Shown one piece after another: positions 27,201 to 40,782 of a DNA stretch of 64,000 nt. Below the pieces are notes generated by a model. It had not been told where the DNA came from. It did not search any database and saw nothing but the letters and a program-made list of their open reading frames with translations. The translations under genes and the position numbers were made by a program. The DNA is from Azolla caroliniana (taxonomy: Eukaryota > Plantae > Polypodiophyta): contig JBHGNT010000007.1 in the NCBI GenBank assembly GCA_043228905.1, positions 7,688,001-7,752,000 on the forward strand, given 5' to 3'. Every line of letters starts with the position of its first letter. The stretch's first letter is position 1.

Positions 27201-29427
27201 TTGAGTCGAAACTGTCAAATTCAGTACTAATATAGAGAAGGAATTAGTACTAAAAGATTAGGATTAGTACTAAGAGAGGTGTAGAACTCTCGAGAGAAGG
27301 AAAGAGTGAGCAAGAGAGAGAGAGAGATAGAGAGAGAGAAAGGGTGAGAGAGAATGATGATAAAAGATATATATTATGTGAAGAGAGTATACAATAGTAG
27401 CTAGGAGGCTTAAGACTAGCGTTGAACCAATTTGGTTCAAAATAATGCCTTGTGCCTCCTTTTATAGTATTCTCAGGAGTAATCTTGAAGTTTCTAGAAT
27501 GTTCCAGAGAAATCTGGAATATGCATCCATTTTCTATAATAAAACTTAAATGAAAATAATATCCTACGTATTACAATAGATTGTATAATGGTCAAGAGCT
27601 CGACCTATGTAACGTAAGGTCATGGGTTTGAGTCTTGCCATATCATGACACTATCCCCCCTTTAAAACGACGAGTGTCACGAGTCATTTTGGATTGAGGA
27701 CCCGGTTTGTCTAGATATTGAAGATGGAAGTATTCAAGAAGAGCACGAGAATTGGTCACATTCTCTATCGGTTCCCAAGTACGCTCTATGGGACTATATC
27801 CTAGCCAATGGACTAGATAGTAGAGCTTGTTGCGAATAATCTTGGAATCGAGGATGGCAACAACCTCGTATTCAGGTCCATCTTCAAGTTCGATCGGGGG
27901 TGGAGGTTGTGTAATACGTCCTGGGATGGTGCTGTCTTTATAGGGTTTGAGGAGAGAACTATGAAACACCGGATGTATCCAAAGTTGTGGAGGTAGATCG
28001 AGACAAAAAGGGACATCATTAAATCTTTGCGATAATACGGAAAGGACCTAATCGCTGATAATCCAACTTCTCACATGGGCAAGTACTCTTGATGTGTCGT
28101 CATAGTAGCCATACCCGATCTCCGACGTTAAAACTAGATGGAAACCGATGATAATCTGCGTAAACCTTGTGTGTTTGTTGAGCTTGCAGGAGATGAGTAG
28201 ATAAATCCACTTGTATCTTGCATCAACACTCCAAACGATCCTCTGCACAAGGATTTGTAGGTAACTCTGGTGTTTCAAATACACACCATCGAGGGTGACA
28301 GCCTGTATAAGCATAAAATGACGTAACTTTAGTCAATGTGTGGACAGAGTAATTATAGGCAAATTCGGTGAAGTGGAGAATATCCGCCCAGTCATCCTGA
28401 TGATAACTTAGAAAGCACCGAAGATACTGCTCCAACGTTTGATTTGTTCGTTCTGCTTGGCTGTCTGATTGTGGGTGGTAGCCGGAGGAGAGGTTACAAG
28501 TGACCTTGAGCATTTTAAAAAGGCGCTTCTAGAATTTCGAGATGAACTGGGGTCCACGGTCGCTGATGATACTATCGGGAAGGCCATGATGCCGACATAC
28601 TTCACGCATGACAATTTCATTGGTTTCTTAACTGGAGATTATCTTAGTACATGGCAAGAAATGAGACATCTTCATATATCGATCTACTACTGTTAGAATC
28701 GCATTAAATCCCTTCGAGATTGGAAGATCTGTGATGAAATCTAGAGTAATGGATTGCCACGGCTTGCTTGGAATTGGTAATGATTCTAATAAACCATATG
28801 GCTGATGCCTTGGCATTTTCGCTCTGCAACATGTATCACAAGTCCGAACAAAATCTTCGACAAATTGCCGCATACGGGGCCACCAGAATGATTGTTGTAC
28901 TATGTCTAATGTCTTAGTACTACCAAAATGCCCAGATGTATATGTGTCATGATAGTTTTGGACTGCTCGAAGGCGGCAAGAACCATTACGAACATACAAG
29001 AGGTTTTTAAAGAATAGTAATCCATCATGGTATTTGAATTGTCGATAGTCCGTACTTGGTTGTTGCGACTGTGAACAAGATGTTCAAGAGGGATCAATTT
29101 GTGTTAGAATGGCTTGGGCAAAAGCATTTGTCTTCAAGTCCTCACGTATGGTATCGATAACGTGGGAATCCATGGGCATGCCAAAGACCTGTGTTGCTTG
29201 CAGTCGTGCCGGTCCCAAGATTACTTGTTTTTTATTATTGAAAGTTGGCTCACCAAGACGCGGTGCTAGATACGAACGCCATGATAATGCATCTGCCTTC
29301 CCTTGGTGCTTCCCCTGACGATATGTAATTTTGAAGTCGTAACGCATGAGGAATTGGGCCCACCGAGCTTGACGTCGATTTAACACACGAGCGTCTTGAA
29401 AGTAGGCAAGGTTCTTGTGGTCACTGC

Positions 29428-29960
29428 TGTTACCCCGTACGAGATGTACGGAGAGTCAATGTGATGAGCGAGGGTCAAATGTTATCATGATGATTGTTGT
29501 GTGTGTGTAGGGGGCATAAATGTAATTGTGAGTCGATACGTATGTGAACACATGCACACGTGTGTGCATGTGGATGGATACGAGGAGGTGTGAGTGAGTG
29601 TCCAATATGAATGCTCTAGGGGGCTTACACCCCTTTGTATCTACCCCCTCTTGTACTATTTAACCCCTTATGGGGAATGAATGAAGAAAGGATCATTTTT
29701 CTCTCTCAATCTCTCTCTCTCTCTTGTCATCTCTCTTTCTCTCTCTCTCCCCCTCAACGTTGAATCCCCTTGGGAGGGGGGTGGAGCCATTCTAGGCACC
29801 ACCCCCCACCCCACAATGCTTCTCAATGATTCTCAACATCTTCATCTCGATCTCTCTCACCATCATATCTTCATCATCTTCACTATTACACAATGTCTAT
29901 CTTTATCATCAATCATCATCATTATCATAAATATTAACCCTAACCCTAAAACGTACAACA
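29428..29960 (+). mobile_element. Solo LTR inserted in the RNase H region of Gypsy C
   Basis: TGTT...AACA ends; imperfect TSD actgc/cctga; host reading frame (VTVF|SDHKNL) resumes across it. Confidence 0.75.
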
Positions 29961-31884
29961 CCTGAATACAGTGACTTGATGAGAGGATCCCTCTAGAAAA
30001 TGCCTCCATTGTGTAAAAGAGTCCACTATTGCTAATAGCTCCTTATCATGAATTTCATAGTTGATTTCGGAGGCATCAAACTTGCGTGAGTGGAAAGCCA
30101 CAGGATGTAGTTTTTCATCATTACCCTGTTGTGACAGAATGCTACCCAATGCGAAATCTGATGCGTAAGCTTCAATGATAAATGGTTTTTCTGGATCAAC
30201 GTGAGCTAGAATAGGAGCTGATGTAAATGCCTTCTTAAGATTCTCAAAAGCCATGTCCGCTTCTTCAAACCAAACGAACGATTATCCCTTCTTAGTAAGT
30301 TGTGTAAGAGGTAAAACAAGCTTTGAGTAATCCTTTATAAACTTGCGGTAGAAATTGGCAAAGCCTAAAAAGCATTGCACATCTCACAATGAACGCGGAG
30401 TTTGCCACTCTACCATCGTTTTGACCTTAGCTGGATCCATGGAGATGCCTTCCGCGGAGATGACATAGCCCAGAAATTCCACTTGGTTGCACCCGAAACT
30501 ACATTTTTCCAGCTTTGCATAAAGACCATGTTCTCGAAGTTGTTTTAGTACTAACAATACATGAGAATCATGCTCTTCTTGGGTCTTCGAATAAACCAGT
30601 AGATCATCCAAATAGATGATCAAACAAACATCCAAGAGATCTCGGAATATATCATTTACCATGTGCTAGAAGACTACTGGCGCATTAGTGAGGTCGAACG
30701 ACATGATCGTATACTCGAAGTGCCCATATTTGGTGCGAAACGCGGTCTTCCATTCATCTCCTGGTTGGATCTGTACGAGGTTATATGCTCCCCGTAAGTC
30801 GATCTTCATGAATAACCTTGCACCATTGATCCGTTCTAAAAGACTTGAGATAAGGGGAAGTGCATACCTATTCCTGATTGTGACCTTATTCAAGCCACAG
30901 TAATCCACAACGAGACGAAGTGATCCATCTTTTTTCTTGACGAAGAAAATGGGTGCACCGGCTGGAGATTTCGAATGCCGAATGAAACCATTTGCCAAAT
31001 TCTCCTCTATATAGGCTCGAAGGACTTCCAACTCGGTTGGTGACAAATTGTAGATCGGTCCCCATGGCGGCTCTTTTCCCGGTTGCAAATCGATGGGGCA
31101 ATCATACGGTCGATGGTGAGGAAGCTTACTGGCTTGTACTTTATCAAACACATCGGCATAATGACGATACTTCTTTAGAAGTTGAATGGTGGACTTCTCT
31201 TTAGTGGTGCTGGAGGGTTTTACTGATATTGCGAAGAGAAACATTTCTTCCTTGCGTCCTTTCTCACGCAACTGATGTAGCGAAATGGTTGCAATCTTAT
31301 GAGTAGATCCTTGGGTTTGTCGACACCGCATTTCTGTTGTTCTCCAATCTATGTCTGGGTTATGTAATTTGAACCATGGTAATCCCAAAACAATGGGATG
31401 TTCTGGGATACTAATTATATTAAATGATATTACACACGCTAAGTTATTTAGGACAATATTAACGGGCTTTGACTCTTCTATGATATTTCCGGAAGCGATG
31501 GGACAATCATCAATGACTACTACAGAGGCTAGACACGAGAGTTTTCTTAGGGATATCTGATGAGGTTGGGCAAAATTCCTATCCATGAAGCAAGAGTTGG
31601 CTCCAAAATCTAAGAGTGCTAAGACATGTACTGGAGGAGTACTTTTAGTACTAACCATTACTTGAGCTAAGAACACATTGCTAACTTGCTTAGAAGAAAT
31701 GGAACCACTAATGGGTTGCACAGATCTAGGGCTGTCCAACCAAACGACTCCTATTTTGGCTGGACTTAATCGTTTAACTCTTCTCTAGTTGACTAAGGAT
31801 TTCAAATTTGTTTGAAAGGCTTGGGCTTTTAGGACTATCGGACACGCCTAGAGAAATAGACTCGGGTTTTGTACTATTAGTACT

Positions 31885-34800
31885 TGTTACCGGCCGGCAA
31901 AGGAGTCCAGAGTGGGAAACGGAGAGTTATTAAGTAGTAGGAATGTGGTTGTAATTAAGCTATGAGTGTGGACGGACGGACCGGAAACGGTATGCCGTTC
32001 CGGATCCGGACCGATCCCGAATAGGTGCCGATGGCACCGTTTTGTAATACAAACCGGAAACCTATTTAAAGGCCCGGATACAATGTAATCAATAGCGGTT
32101 AATTAATAGAAGCTTAGCGTTGTTATCTTTCTGTGTTAATTGCCGTTCTGTCTTAATTGTTATATCTTACGCATGTGTTTATGAAAGATGATCATAATAA
32201 GTAACTTAATTGAGTCGGATTAAGTGTTGAGTCTAATCCGGTTGCCATAACACCCTTTGGGGAAGTGTCTTCTGTAGACACCCTGTGTTAGGCCATTGTC
32301 CGGCCCTAAGAGTTAACACAGTTTTTGGTGACCACGATTCCTGTTTTTGCAGCGAACGACGGCACGGATGGATGTCTAGATCAACGCACGACCTGGTTAC
32401 AGATCGAACTCGACGCGAGGCTTTCCAGCAAGCGGCGCAGGAAATTAGAGCGGATCGCTCGTTTTCCAACGTAATCCGGAGAGTAGCGGAGGACTCCCTC
32501 TGGTTACAGCAAACATCGCACCCGGACAACGACAACAGCCTAAGCAGCCTCCGGGAAACCGAATCCCTTCTCCACGCGTTGGCAAACGGAGAAGGCAAAG
32601 CAGAAGCCTTTTCAGCATATGAATCAGACTCCGAAGGGGAATACAACGTGCACACAAACTACCGTAGCAGCAACGAAACCCCGGGCGGACCGGAGGACGA
32701 AGGATCAGATACCTTACCGACACCGGAACCGGAAGTGCTAACGCTGGAACCCCCGGAACTAGCAGAAGAAGACCGACCTCCGACACCGGAAGTCGAAGAG
32801 GAGAGACCTCTGTCACCAAAAGAGGAAAAACCACTGACGCCGGAAACAAATCGGGAAAGACCACCGACACCGGAGAAAATTCCGGAACGAGCACCAACAC
32901 TGCCAGCCCGCGCACCGATACTGGACGACGACATGCCATTCCAATACTCGAAGTATAGAGATGATCCGGACGCGGAAGCTCATGTGCACGCCTTTGAACA
33001 GACATGGGAAGCCAACCATGTGTCCCAGCGATTGACCCCGGAGGAAGAAGAACGCTCTAAGATAGCAGAATTTGGCGTCACATTGGAGGGACCGGCAGCA
33101 AGATGGCGCCGGATGTAGGACCCGTCTACCATCAACACCTTTGCAGATTTAAAAGCTAAATTCTTGCATTTTTTTCAAAAAGAGGTGGACCAGACCATAA
33201 TGGTAGGCTTATTTTATACCATCCGACAGGAGGCATGGGAGAGCATTCCCCAATTTGTCATCCGGTTTCAACGGATGCATAGTCAGCTTGCCCGCGCACC
33301 CCCGGAGGAGGAATTACGGACTATATTTCTAAACGCGCTTCGGGAACCCCTACGCACGGTTTGCACGGTAATTGACTTCCGCACAAGTACCATCGACCAG
33401 GTCATTGACCGGGTGAGAGAGATGGAAAAGACAAGCTCCTGGCTCACACTGGGAGCACTCCAACGGGCATTACCGTCCGATGAAGACCTCCGGTTTCGGC
33501 AAGCAATACAGTTCACAACCTGCTTGAATTCCGGACACTCGGCTCTAGAATGCACTATGAGGATGCAATGTGTAATCCGTCAATCCAAGAGCCATACGAC
33601 GGATAGGTGCGAGTATAATCTGTTGAACCGGCAAGCACCGCCCGTCCGACAAATTGAGCCACGCAGTAGCCGAGATGAAGAAGACGAACGCTGGCGGCGA
33701 ATGGACCGCGACCGACCGGCACAGGATGTCCGGTATGGCGATCGACGGGAGAATGATGTCCGGTACGGTGATCGGCGGGATAACTATGACCAGCATGATC
33801 GGTACCGGGATTACAATGGACGATACGAACATTACGACCGGTAGCACTCCCCCGGGTATCGTCAGCAACGGGAGGAATAAGGCAGATATAACGGGCAACC
33901 CCGTCAAGAGTACCGCAATAAGAAGAGCTATAACAAAAAACGGCATTTTAAAAAAGGCGGCTACCCCCGGGATCCGGAACAAGGAGCTCCAAGCAGCCAA
34001 CCGGTCCAAAACCCCGCGCGTACCGCAGGACCTGCCCCGGGTGGTACAACAGACAATGCCGAATCTAGCAATGCCCGGAAAGCCTACTGCTACTACTGCT
34101 GACAGGAAGGCCATTATAGTAACCAATGCCCGGTGAAGAGCTATGAAAAACGACCGGCGGTAAATATGGTAGTCCCTGAGGTGGCAGATCTGCAGCAGGT
34201 GACCACAAGGTCGAAGGGCATATCCAAGGAATGGGAGACGCAGGAGACCATCCGGAAACAAGCAACGGAATGGGTAAAGAAAGCAAACGAACAGAATGTC
34301 ACAGACTTACAGCGGCAAAAGGAGAACACCGCAGGGCTTGCCGGCGGTAGTCACTCCGAGAATGAGACATGGTAGGCGTTGCAAGAATGCCAGATTACGT
34401 TGCCGCTAGGAAGACTCCTACAACTTGTGCCAAGATTCACGGAAGGACTGAAGACGGCCATGACGGTAGGAGAACCATCACCGGCACCGGTACTCTTCTC
34501 GAATCCGGAGGAGGGACCAACGATGGTGGACACCAGCAGTCCGGTAATCACTGCCATTGTAAAAGGGAAAGAACTCCCCGGCACAATTATAGACGGAGGC
34601 TCTGGGGTGAATGTAATAAGCCTCCGGACGTGTGATGCCCTAGGAATCCATGAGTGGGAGCCGTGTCCGTTCTGGTTGCGGATGGCCGATACAAGCTCAG
34701 TGCGGCTGACAGGATTAATACGGAAATTAGAAGTCACCGTCGGCGGTCATACATTTCACATCTCGGCCGTAGTGCTACAATTACAGGCACAAGGCGCATA

Positions 34801-37800
34801 CCCGCTATTGTTGGGGTGGCCATGGTTGAAAACGACACATATCAAACAGAATTGGTGGAAAAATATAATTACCTTCCGGCGAGGGAAAGCCAAGGTACGG
34901 GTACCAACACAGCCAAGGACGAGCACTGGCAAGGAATGTACACCGTTGTATGCGGAATGCGTCAACATGCTAGAAGGGTGGGTTAGCGGACGAAGAAGAA
35001 GCTCAGTACCTGCAGGAAAACCCGAAGATCATACCCCTCTTCGAAATTGACATTGCCGACGCAGTAGCACCATACTTACCACAACCGGAAGAGGCTGAAG
35101 CAGAACCGAATAAAGACGCAATCCGGGAGTTACGGCAAGCGCAGGACTTGACCCTCAGTTATACCAGCATCAGGTGCACTTGTGCAAGGACGCAAAACGG
35201 GAAGCTCTAGGGATGATCTACAGTGTGACAAAGTTTCGGCATTATTTATTGGTAAGGAAGTTTTCCTTCCATGTAGATCATTCGACACTCCTTTAGCTGG
35301 TGTCCAAAGCGTCACTCACCGGCAAATTAGCCCGATGGACCTTACTGTTACAGGAATTCGAGTTTGAAATATTCCACTGACCCGGTATACAGCATGCCGT
35401 GGCGGATTACTTAAGCCGATTAGAGTCCGGAGAGACGGGTGACGGAGTAGCGGATGAGTTTCCGGATGCGGAGCTGTTTCGAGTCACTACGGAGACGACA
35501 GCAGATGAGACGGTGGCCCAGGAAGACAAGTGGCTCACAAATATGCACCAGTTTCTGAGCACAGGACTGCCTCCGGAAGAGATGAACCGGGACGAGCGGA
35601 AACGCCTGGCGGTGCAAAGCCGACATTTCTGCTTACTACAAGACACACTGTACCACAAGGGCGCGGACGACATATGGAGACGGGCGGTGCGCAACGATGA
35701 AAAGGAACTGATACTGAGGGAAGCCCACAACGGAGTTGTCGGAGGTCACTATGCTGGAGATGCGACGGCCAGGAAAATATGGCAAAGTGGCCTATGGTGG
35801 CCAATGACATTAAGAGATGCGGTACGGTACGCAAAAGAATGTGACCTATGCCAGCGAATGGGCCAGCCAAAGGAGCAGGCTCGTATGCCACACCAACCGG
35901 TACTACCACTCGAGCCATTCCAAAAGTGGGGGCTGGACTTTGTGGGACCGTCCAAGCCACCGACAATGAGAACGGGTAATTGATACGTCATCGTCGCGAC
36001 GGATTACTGCACGAAATGGGTGGAGGTCAAAGCATTAAGGGACAACACTGCTGCGTCAACGACGAAGTTTCTATATGAGTACATCTGGTGCCGTTATGGA
36101 TGCCCAATTGAATTAATAAGCGACCAAGGGGGGCACTTTCTCGGCCAAGTAGTGGAAAGCCTGACGACATTCTATGCCGTTGTCCACAAACGGAGCACAC
36201 CGTACTATCCACAGGCGAACGGTTTAGCGGAATCAACAAACAAGACGCTCCAGAATATCCTCCGAAAGATCGTCAACGAAAACTGAACGGATTGGGACAC
36301 AAAGCTACATAGCGCGCTTTGGGCATACCGGACGGCATACAAGACGAGCATCCGAACAACACCGTTCCGGTTAGCGTTCGGACTAGAGGCGGTAATGCCG
36401 GTGGAATTCCAAGTAACCAACTTACGAATCCAGCTACGGGAACAACTGAACGTGAAGGAGTCGGAGGCAATACTGTTGACAACGCTGTGTGAGCTCGAGG
36501 AACAACAACTGGCCAGCATCCTGCATTTAGAATTGGAGCAACGGCGACGGAAAGCATTTGTCGACCGGCACAGGAAAGGAAACGAGAAAATGTTCGCAAT
36601 CGGCAAACCAGTGTTAGTATTTCAAACCCGGATGGGCAAGATGCCGGGTAAACTACGGTTTAGATGGACTGGACCGTATTGGCTAACACGAGAGTATAAT
36701 GGGTCCTACCAGTTAGGGACACTTGCCGGCGAAGTGCTAGGCAAATGGGTCAACGGATTCCGGTTGAAGCCATATAGAGGACCAATGCCTAAGAACCCAT
36801 TTGAGCAAAGGACCGACACTAGTGAGGGAAATGGCAACCACCAAGATGGCAGAGACGGCGAGCCGGTAACTGGGGAAAATGAGGCCGGTAAGGGTCCGAG
36901 AGGACCAACGGACAAGTGACGTCACACTAAATTAAATTATGAAAAAAAAAAAAAAACAATCATGCAAAAGCGAGGAATGAATGGATGAAAGAGCGAGGAG
37001 CGAAAAGGTACGTAGTGGGCATTTAAAGCGCCACCACAGGACATAATGCTATTTTAGTACACGACATGCACACACTTGAAAAAGGCGCCAGAATGCACAA
37101 ACAAAAACCACTGCGCATAGAGACCCTTTACTTTCGCGAACCCAGGAGCACAGAAGCACCAAGACGCTGCAAGATCATTAGACGAGAACCTGCGCACAGA
37201 GAACCCCCGCCTTCTGAACTCTCTCTCTCTCAATCTCACTCTCATCACCATCCAACCTCGCCACCGCAATCCGACCTCGACACAGAAATGGACTTGCAAA
37301 CGCTGTCGGAAGCCGTCAAGACATGGCTAAAGCAACACGGGCTGGAGGGCTTCTTGATGATGATGGAAGTACCGCCACACAAAGAAGCCGACAAAGTGAT
37401 CAAAGAAATCGACACAGAGGTCATGACGGCAGAGGCGATTCGAGCGTTAACAGGCCTTCCGGAGGGAGGCATACTCACGATCGACAATCCAACCCCGGAG
37501 CAACTCATTAGGTATTTTGGTGAGTACTCTCTAGCCAGCAAGGGCTACCAGACATAGGGCGGCGGAGATATGCTGTTCCGCGAGATTGCTCGGGTGCTCC
37601 ACGAATACGGCCACGTGTACCCTAGACCCTCGGTCATGCCACAGAACCGGGCAGGGATGATCATCGCCACCTATGAAGGGATCAAGGTGGATTGGCCGGT
37701 ATTGATCGCAGACGGGTTGTGTGCGGCGATCAAGATCGTCAGAGGCAAAGACGGCAAAGAAGGCCGAGACGGACGGAGGATATGGCACGCTGTAACGCAG

Positions 37801-40075
37801 TGGCTCACCTTGCTGGTGCCACCCGTCCAGCCCGTCCAACCCAAGAAGCGAGGAAGAGTGGCGGACGGCACCCCAAAGACGGCTTCAAAACGACAACAGT
37901 TGTTGGCCTCTAAGGCCAGTAAGGGAAAGACGGCGGATGCAGAATAGGCGGCAACTGGAAGCGCCCAACGGAGGCGCAGGAGGAACCACCGGCACGGCCC
38001 GTAAAGGTCACACTCTGCCGACCGGTGAATAGAGAAACGAACCCCTTGGCGGCAAAACTCAATGCCGGGGCTCAGGAGGAGGAAATAGAGGAGGAGCCCA
38101 CAGAGCACCTCCAGCGACGGTCGTCGGCAAGGACCGTTGAGACAGCCGGGAAACGTTCTGACCCTCAGACGGAGGGAACACCGGCTCCCCTTAGTGAGAC
38201 TCCCACGCCAAGGAAGGAACCGGAACCGGTGCGCATGGCACCGGAAACAGAAGCCCCGGCACCACCGGCAACACCGGCAAGTCCCATCCCGCCAGAGCCG
38301 AAAAGGTCAATGCAGCCTCCCTCGGTCAGCCAAGAAGAAGTGCAAGGGGAACTAGGACAGCAGGGTGGTCCACAGGCAGAAACGGAACTGCAACTCGGCG
38401 CAACCAGGCGGGACCACCCCTCTACAAGTGAGCCCATCTGTCAAACCTCCGTACAAGCACAACAAGGCACCGGTAGCCTGTGGCTCCGGTGGACAGGCGA
38501 ACAGATAGCCGGAGCAGTGGGGTATATTGAGGCGGAAGAAAGAGCGCAAAGCGAACAGTTGCTTGTCACAACCGAACAACTAGAGACGGCCCGGTCCAGA
38601 ATCCGGTGCCTTGAAAAAGACTTGGATCAGGTCACGGTAGAGATGGCCAAAATGGCCTTAACGGCAACACAGATCCAATCACCGGTGATTCCGGTAAGTG
38701 TACAGAATAAAGAAACGGAACGACCTGTACATAGCAATAAGACCTCGGCAACGGAAACCGTTCCGGCGAGAGATGCGGCGCAAGCCCAGGAGCTTGCGGA
38801 ATTGAGAGATGAACTTGCCGCACAAGAAGCACTAAGGAGACGTGAACGAGAATTGAAGACAGCGGCCGAAGCCGAATTAAAGAAGATTGCTGAGAACCTC
38901 CGCCGGGCAGAGGAGAGCCTCCGGAAGGGCCATCAAGCGTACGACCGGCTAAAGGAGGAGAAAGACAAAGTGCTGCAGGAAAAGGACAAGTTGCGGAAAA
39001 CGGCGGAAATAGAGATTGAACGACTAAAGGAAGAGCTCCGCCAGCAGGAGGACCGTGAGGACCGGGCCCGTCGTCAGATCAACGCACGGCTCAAGCAAAA
39101 GACAGATGATTTTGAGCACCTGCACCGGACTACAAACGGCTGGAAACGGAGCATAAAGAACGGATGGCCGAGCTCCAGCAGGCAGTTGATCGGGCCGCGA
39201 CGGCGATTGCCGACGAACGTGCGGAAAATACAAGACGCTTGGACGAGGCGGAGAAGGTCCGGATGGAGCTCCAGAGGCAGCAACAGGAAGACAAAGAGAG
39301 AGCGTCAACAGTATTGCAGAAATTACAAAGCACATATCGAAGGCAATTGACGCATTACAAGGCGCAGGCGGAGGACAACGTCAAAATCATCAAACAACTG
39401 AAGGAGGAACGGCAAGCGTTGGAAACCAAATCGCAATTGGGAACGAGCCGGATTCAGTCCATCCTCCGGGCATGGCTGAATCAGACAAAACACTTGATTG
39501 ATGAAAGCTCCGTAAAATGGTGGACAAAGTGGGCACAAAACGCGGCGGAACTCCAGTTGCTACGGGCAGATGTGGCAAACCGGCGGAAGGAAGGAGATGA
39601 TTGTTATACGTTGACTTCCGAGGACTTCACCGCCATACGGGACGAGCTGGTCGACGACTTCCAAGTCCTGGCGGATGAACAGCTGGCGCAGGTCAGGCAG
39701 CTCGTAGCTCAGCTAGACGATGATAGGCTGGACGCTCAAATCTAGTTTGAAAGCTACGAGCGGTCCCGGGTTCGGGAAGAAAAAGCACGGGAAGCGGCAA
39801 CGGTTAACCTTAGTGATGAGGAACCGTCGCCGGCTGAGGGCCAGCCCGGAACCAATCAACCGAAGACCACTACGACGCAGGGAGCAACGACGGAGATGCC
39901 GGTGTCAGAGCAACAAACGGAGGAGCAGCTGCAGCAGCCACCAACGGACCCGCCGCAGCAGACATCAACAGAGCAGCAACAACAGCAACAACAACAACCA
40001 CTTCCAGATGAACCATTGGAGCCTCTCGAACAAAGCATTTTGGACATTTTGGACGAAGAATAGCAAGGGTCGGAG
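31885..40075 (+). mobile_element. Gypsy H (non-chromovirus Ty3/Gypsy): 5' LTR 31885-32318, gag with three CCHC-like knuckles, protease, RT deleted (~35200), RNase H end, integrase, extra ORF3; 3' end lost
   Basis: TGTTACC...GTTAACA LTR; PBS-like TGGTGACCACG at 32326 (tRNA-Arg type, inferred); IIDGGSGVNV; WGLDFVGP, YYPQANGLAE, WTGPY. Confidence 0.9.
37288..40063 (+). pseudogene. Extra ORF3 of Gypsy H (~925 codons, several stops/frameshifts): globular N-terminus, Pro/Glu-rich linker, long coiled coil
   Basis: ORF-track pieces 37066-37557, 37570-37947, 38025-39350 and 39164-39745 are colinear with the Gypsy G copy; MDLQTLSE start and LDEE-TAG end shared. Confidence 0.8.
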
Positions 40076-40782
40076 TCGTCTAAAAGAACTTCTAGGTTCT
40101 CGCGACAACATAGTTACAACTGAAACTCTGGTTACTTCTGAAGATTTATCTTCGAAACCACATGTACCAGAAAGAATTCTTGATGTTAAAACAAAAAAGT
40201 TACGTACTAAAGAAATCCGAGAATTTAAAATTAAATGGATGGACAAATCTATCAAAGATGCCACATGGGAACACGAGAATACTCTAAGAACAAACTTCCC
40301 TAACTTTCCATTGCAAGAGTGCAATGTTTTAAAGAAGGAAAGTATGTTACGAGCATGACCATTTAATATCCCGTGGTGAGAATTTACCGTAGTATTCTAT
40401 ACACGTGGATAAGTGTGAGGGTTAAACAAGAGTGTAAAGAAGGGGAGGATTACTTTTAATCCTCAGGATTGAGACAACCCATTAGGTCAAGTGTGAACTT
40501 GCCTAGGGGCCTTGGGTATCGCTATAAATAAGAGGCCTAGCTACCCTCATTTGATCATCTTTTGACTACATCGAGACTCTGCTCTTGTGGTGGGTCAACT
40601 CTTGTAGCGAGCGTGCCAGCACCAGGTACGACTCGATGCCACGACGGTGGTATGGGACGCCGATCGAGGCTCAAGTCCGTCTCGATCCCTTCGCTCGGGG
40701 GTGGTCGGGTGGATTGGCACCCTTCTTTCTCTTTCTCCTTTCTATCTATCATTAGTTTATCCTTATCTTAAGCTTACTTTAG
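40076..40782 (+). mobile_element. 3' fragment of another chromovirus: chromodomain, PPT and truncated LTR (from 40345)
   Basis: HVPERILDVKTKKLRTKEIREFKIKWMDKSIKDATWEHENTLRTNFPNF; AAGAAGGAAAGTA then TGTTACG; TATAAATA at ~40523. Confidence 0.8.

Noticed and set aside
32233-36606. Numerous antisense ORFs over Gypsy H gag/pol (likewise 51803-52893 over Copia F)
   Set aside because: Shadows of GC-rich coding sequence with no recognisable motifs
37288-40063. Retroviral env gene
   Set aside because: Position fits, but there is no signal peptide, furin/fusion pattern or transmembrane segment; the protein is hydrophilic coiled coil
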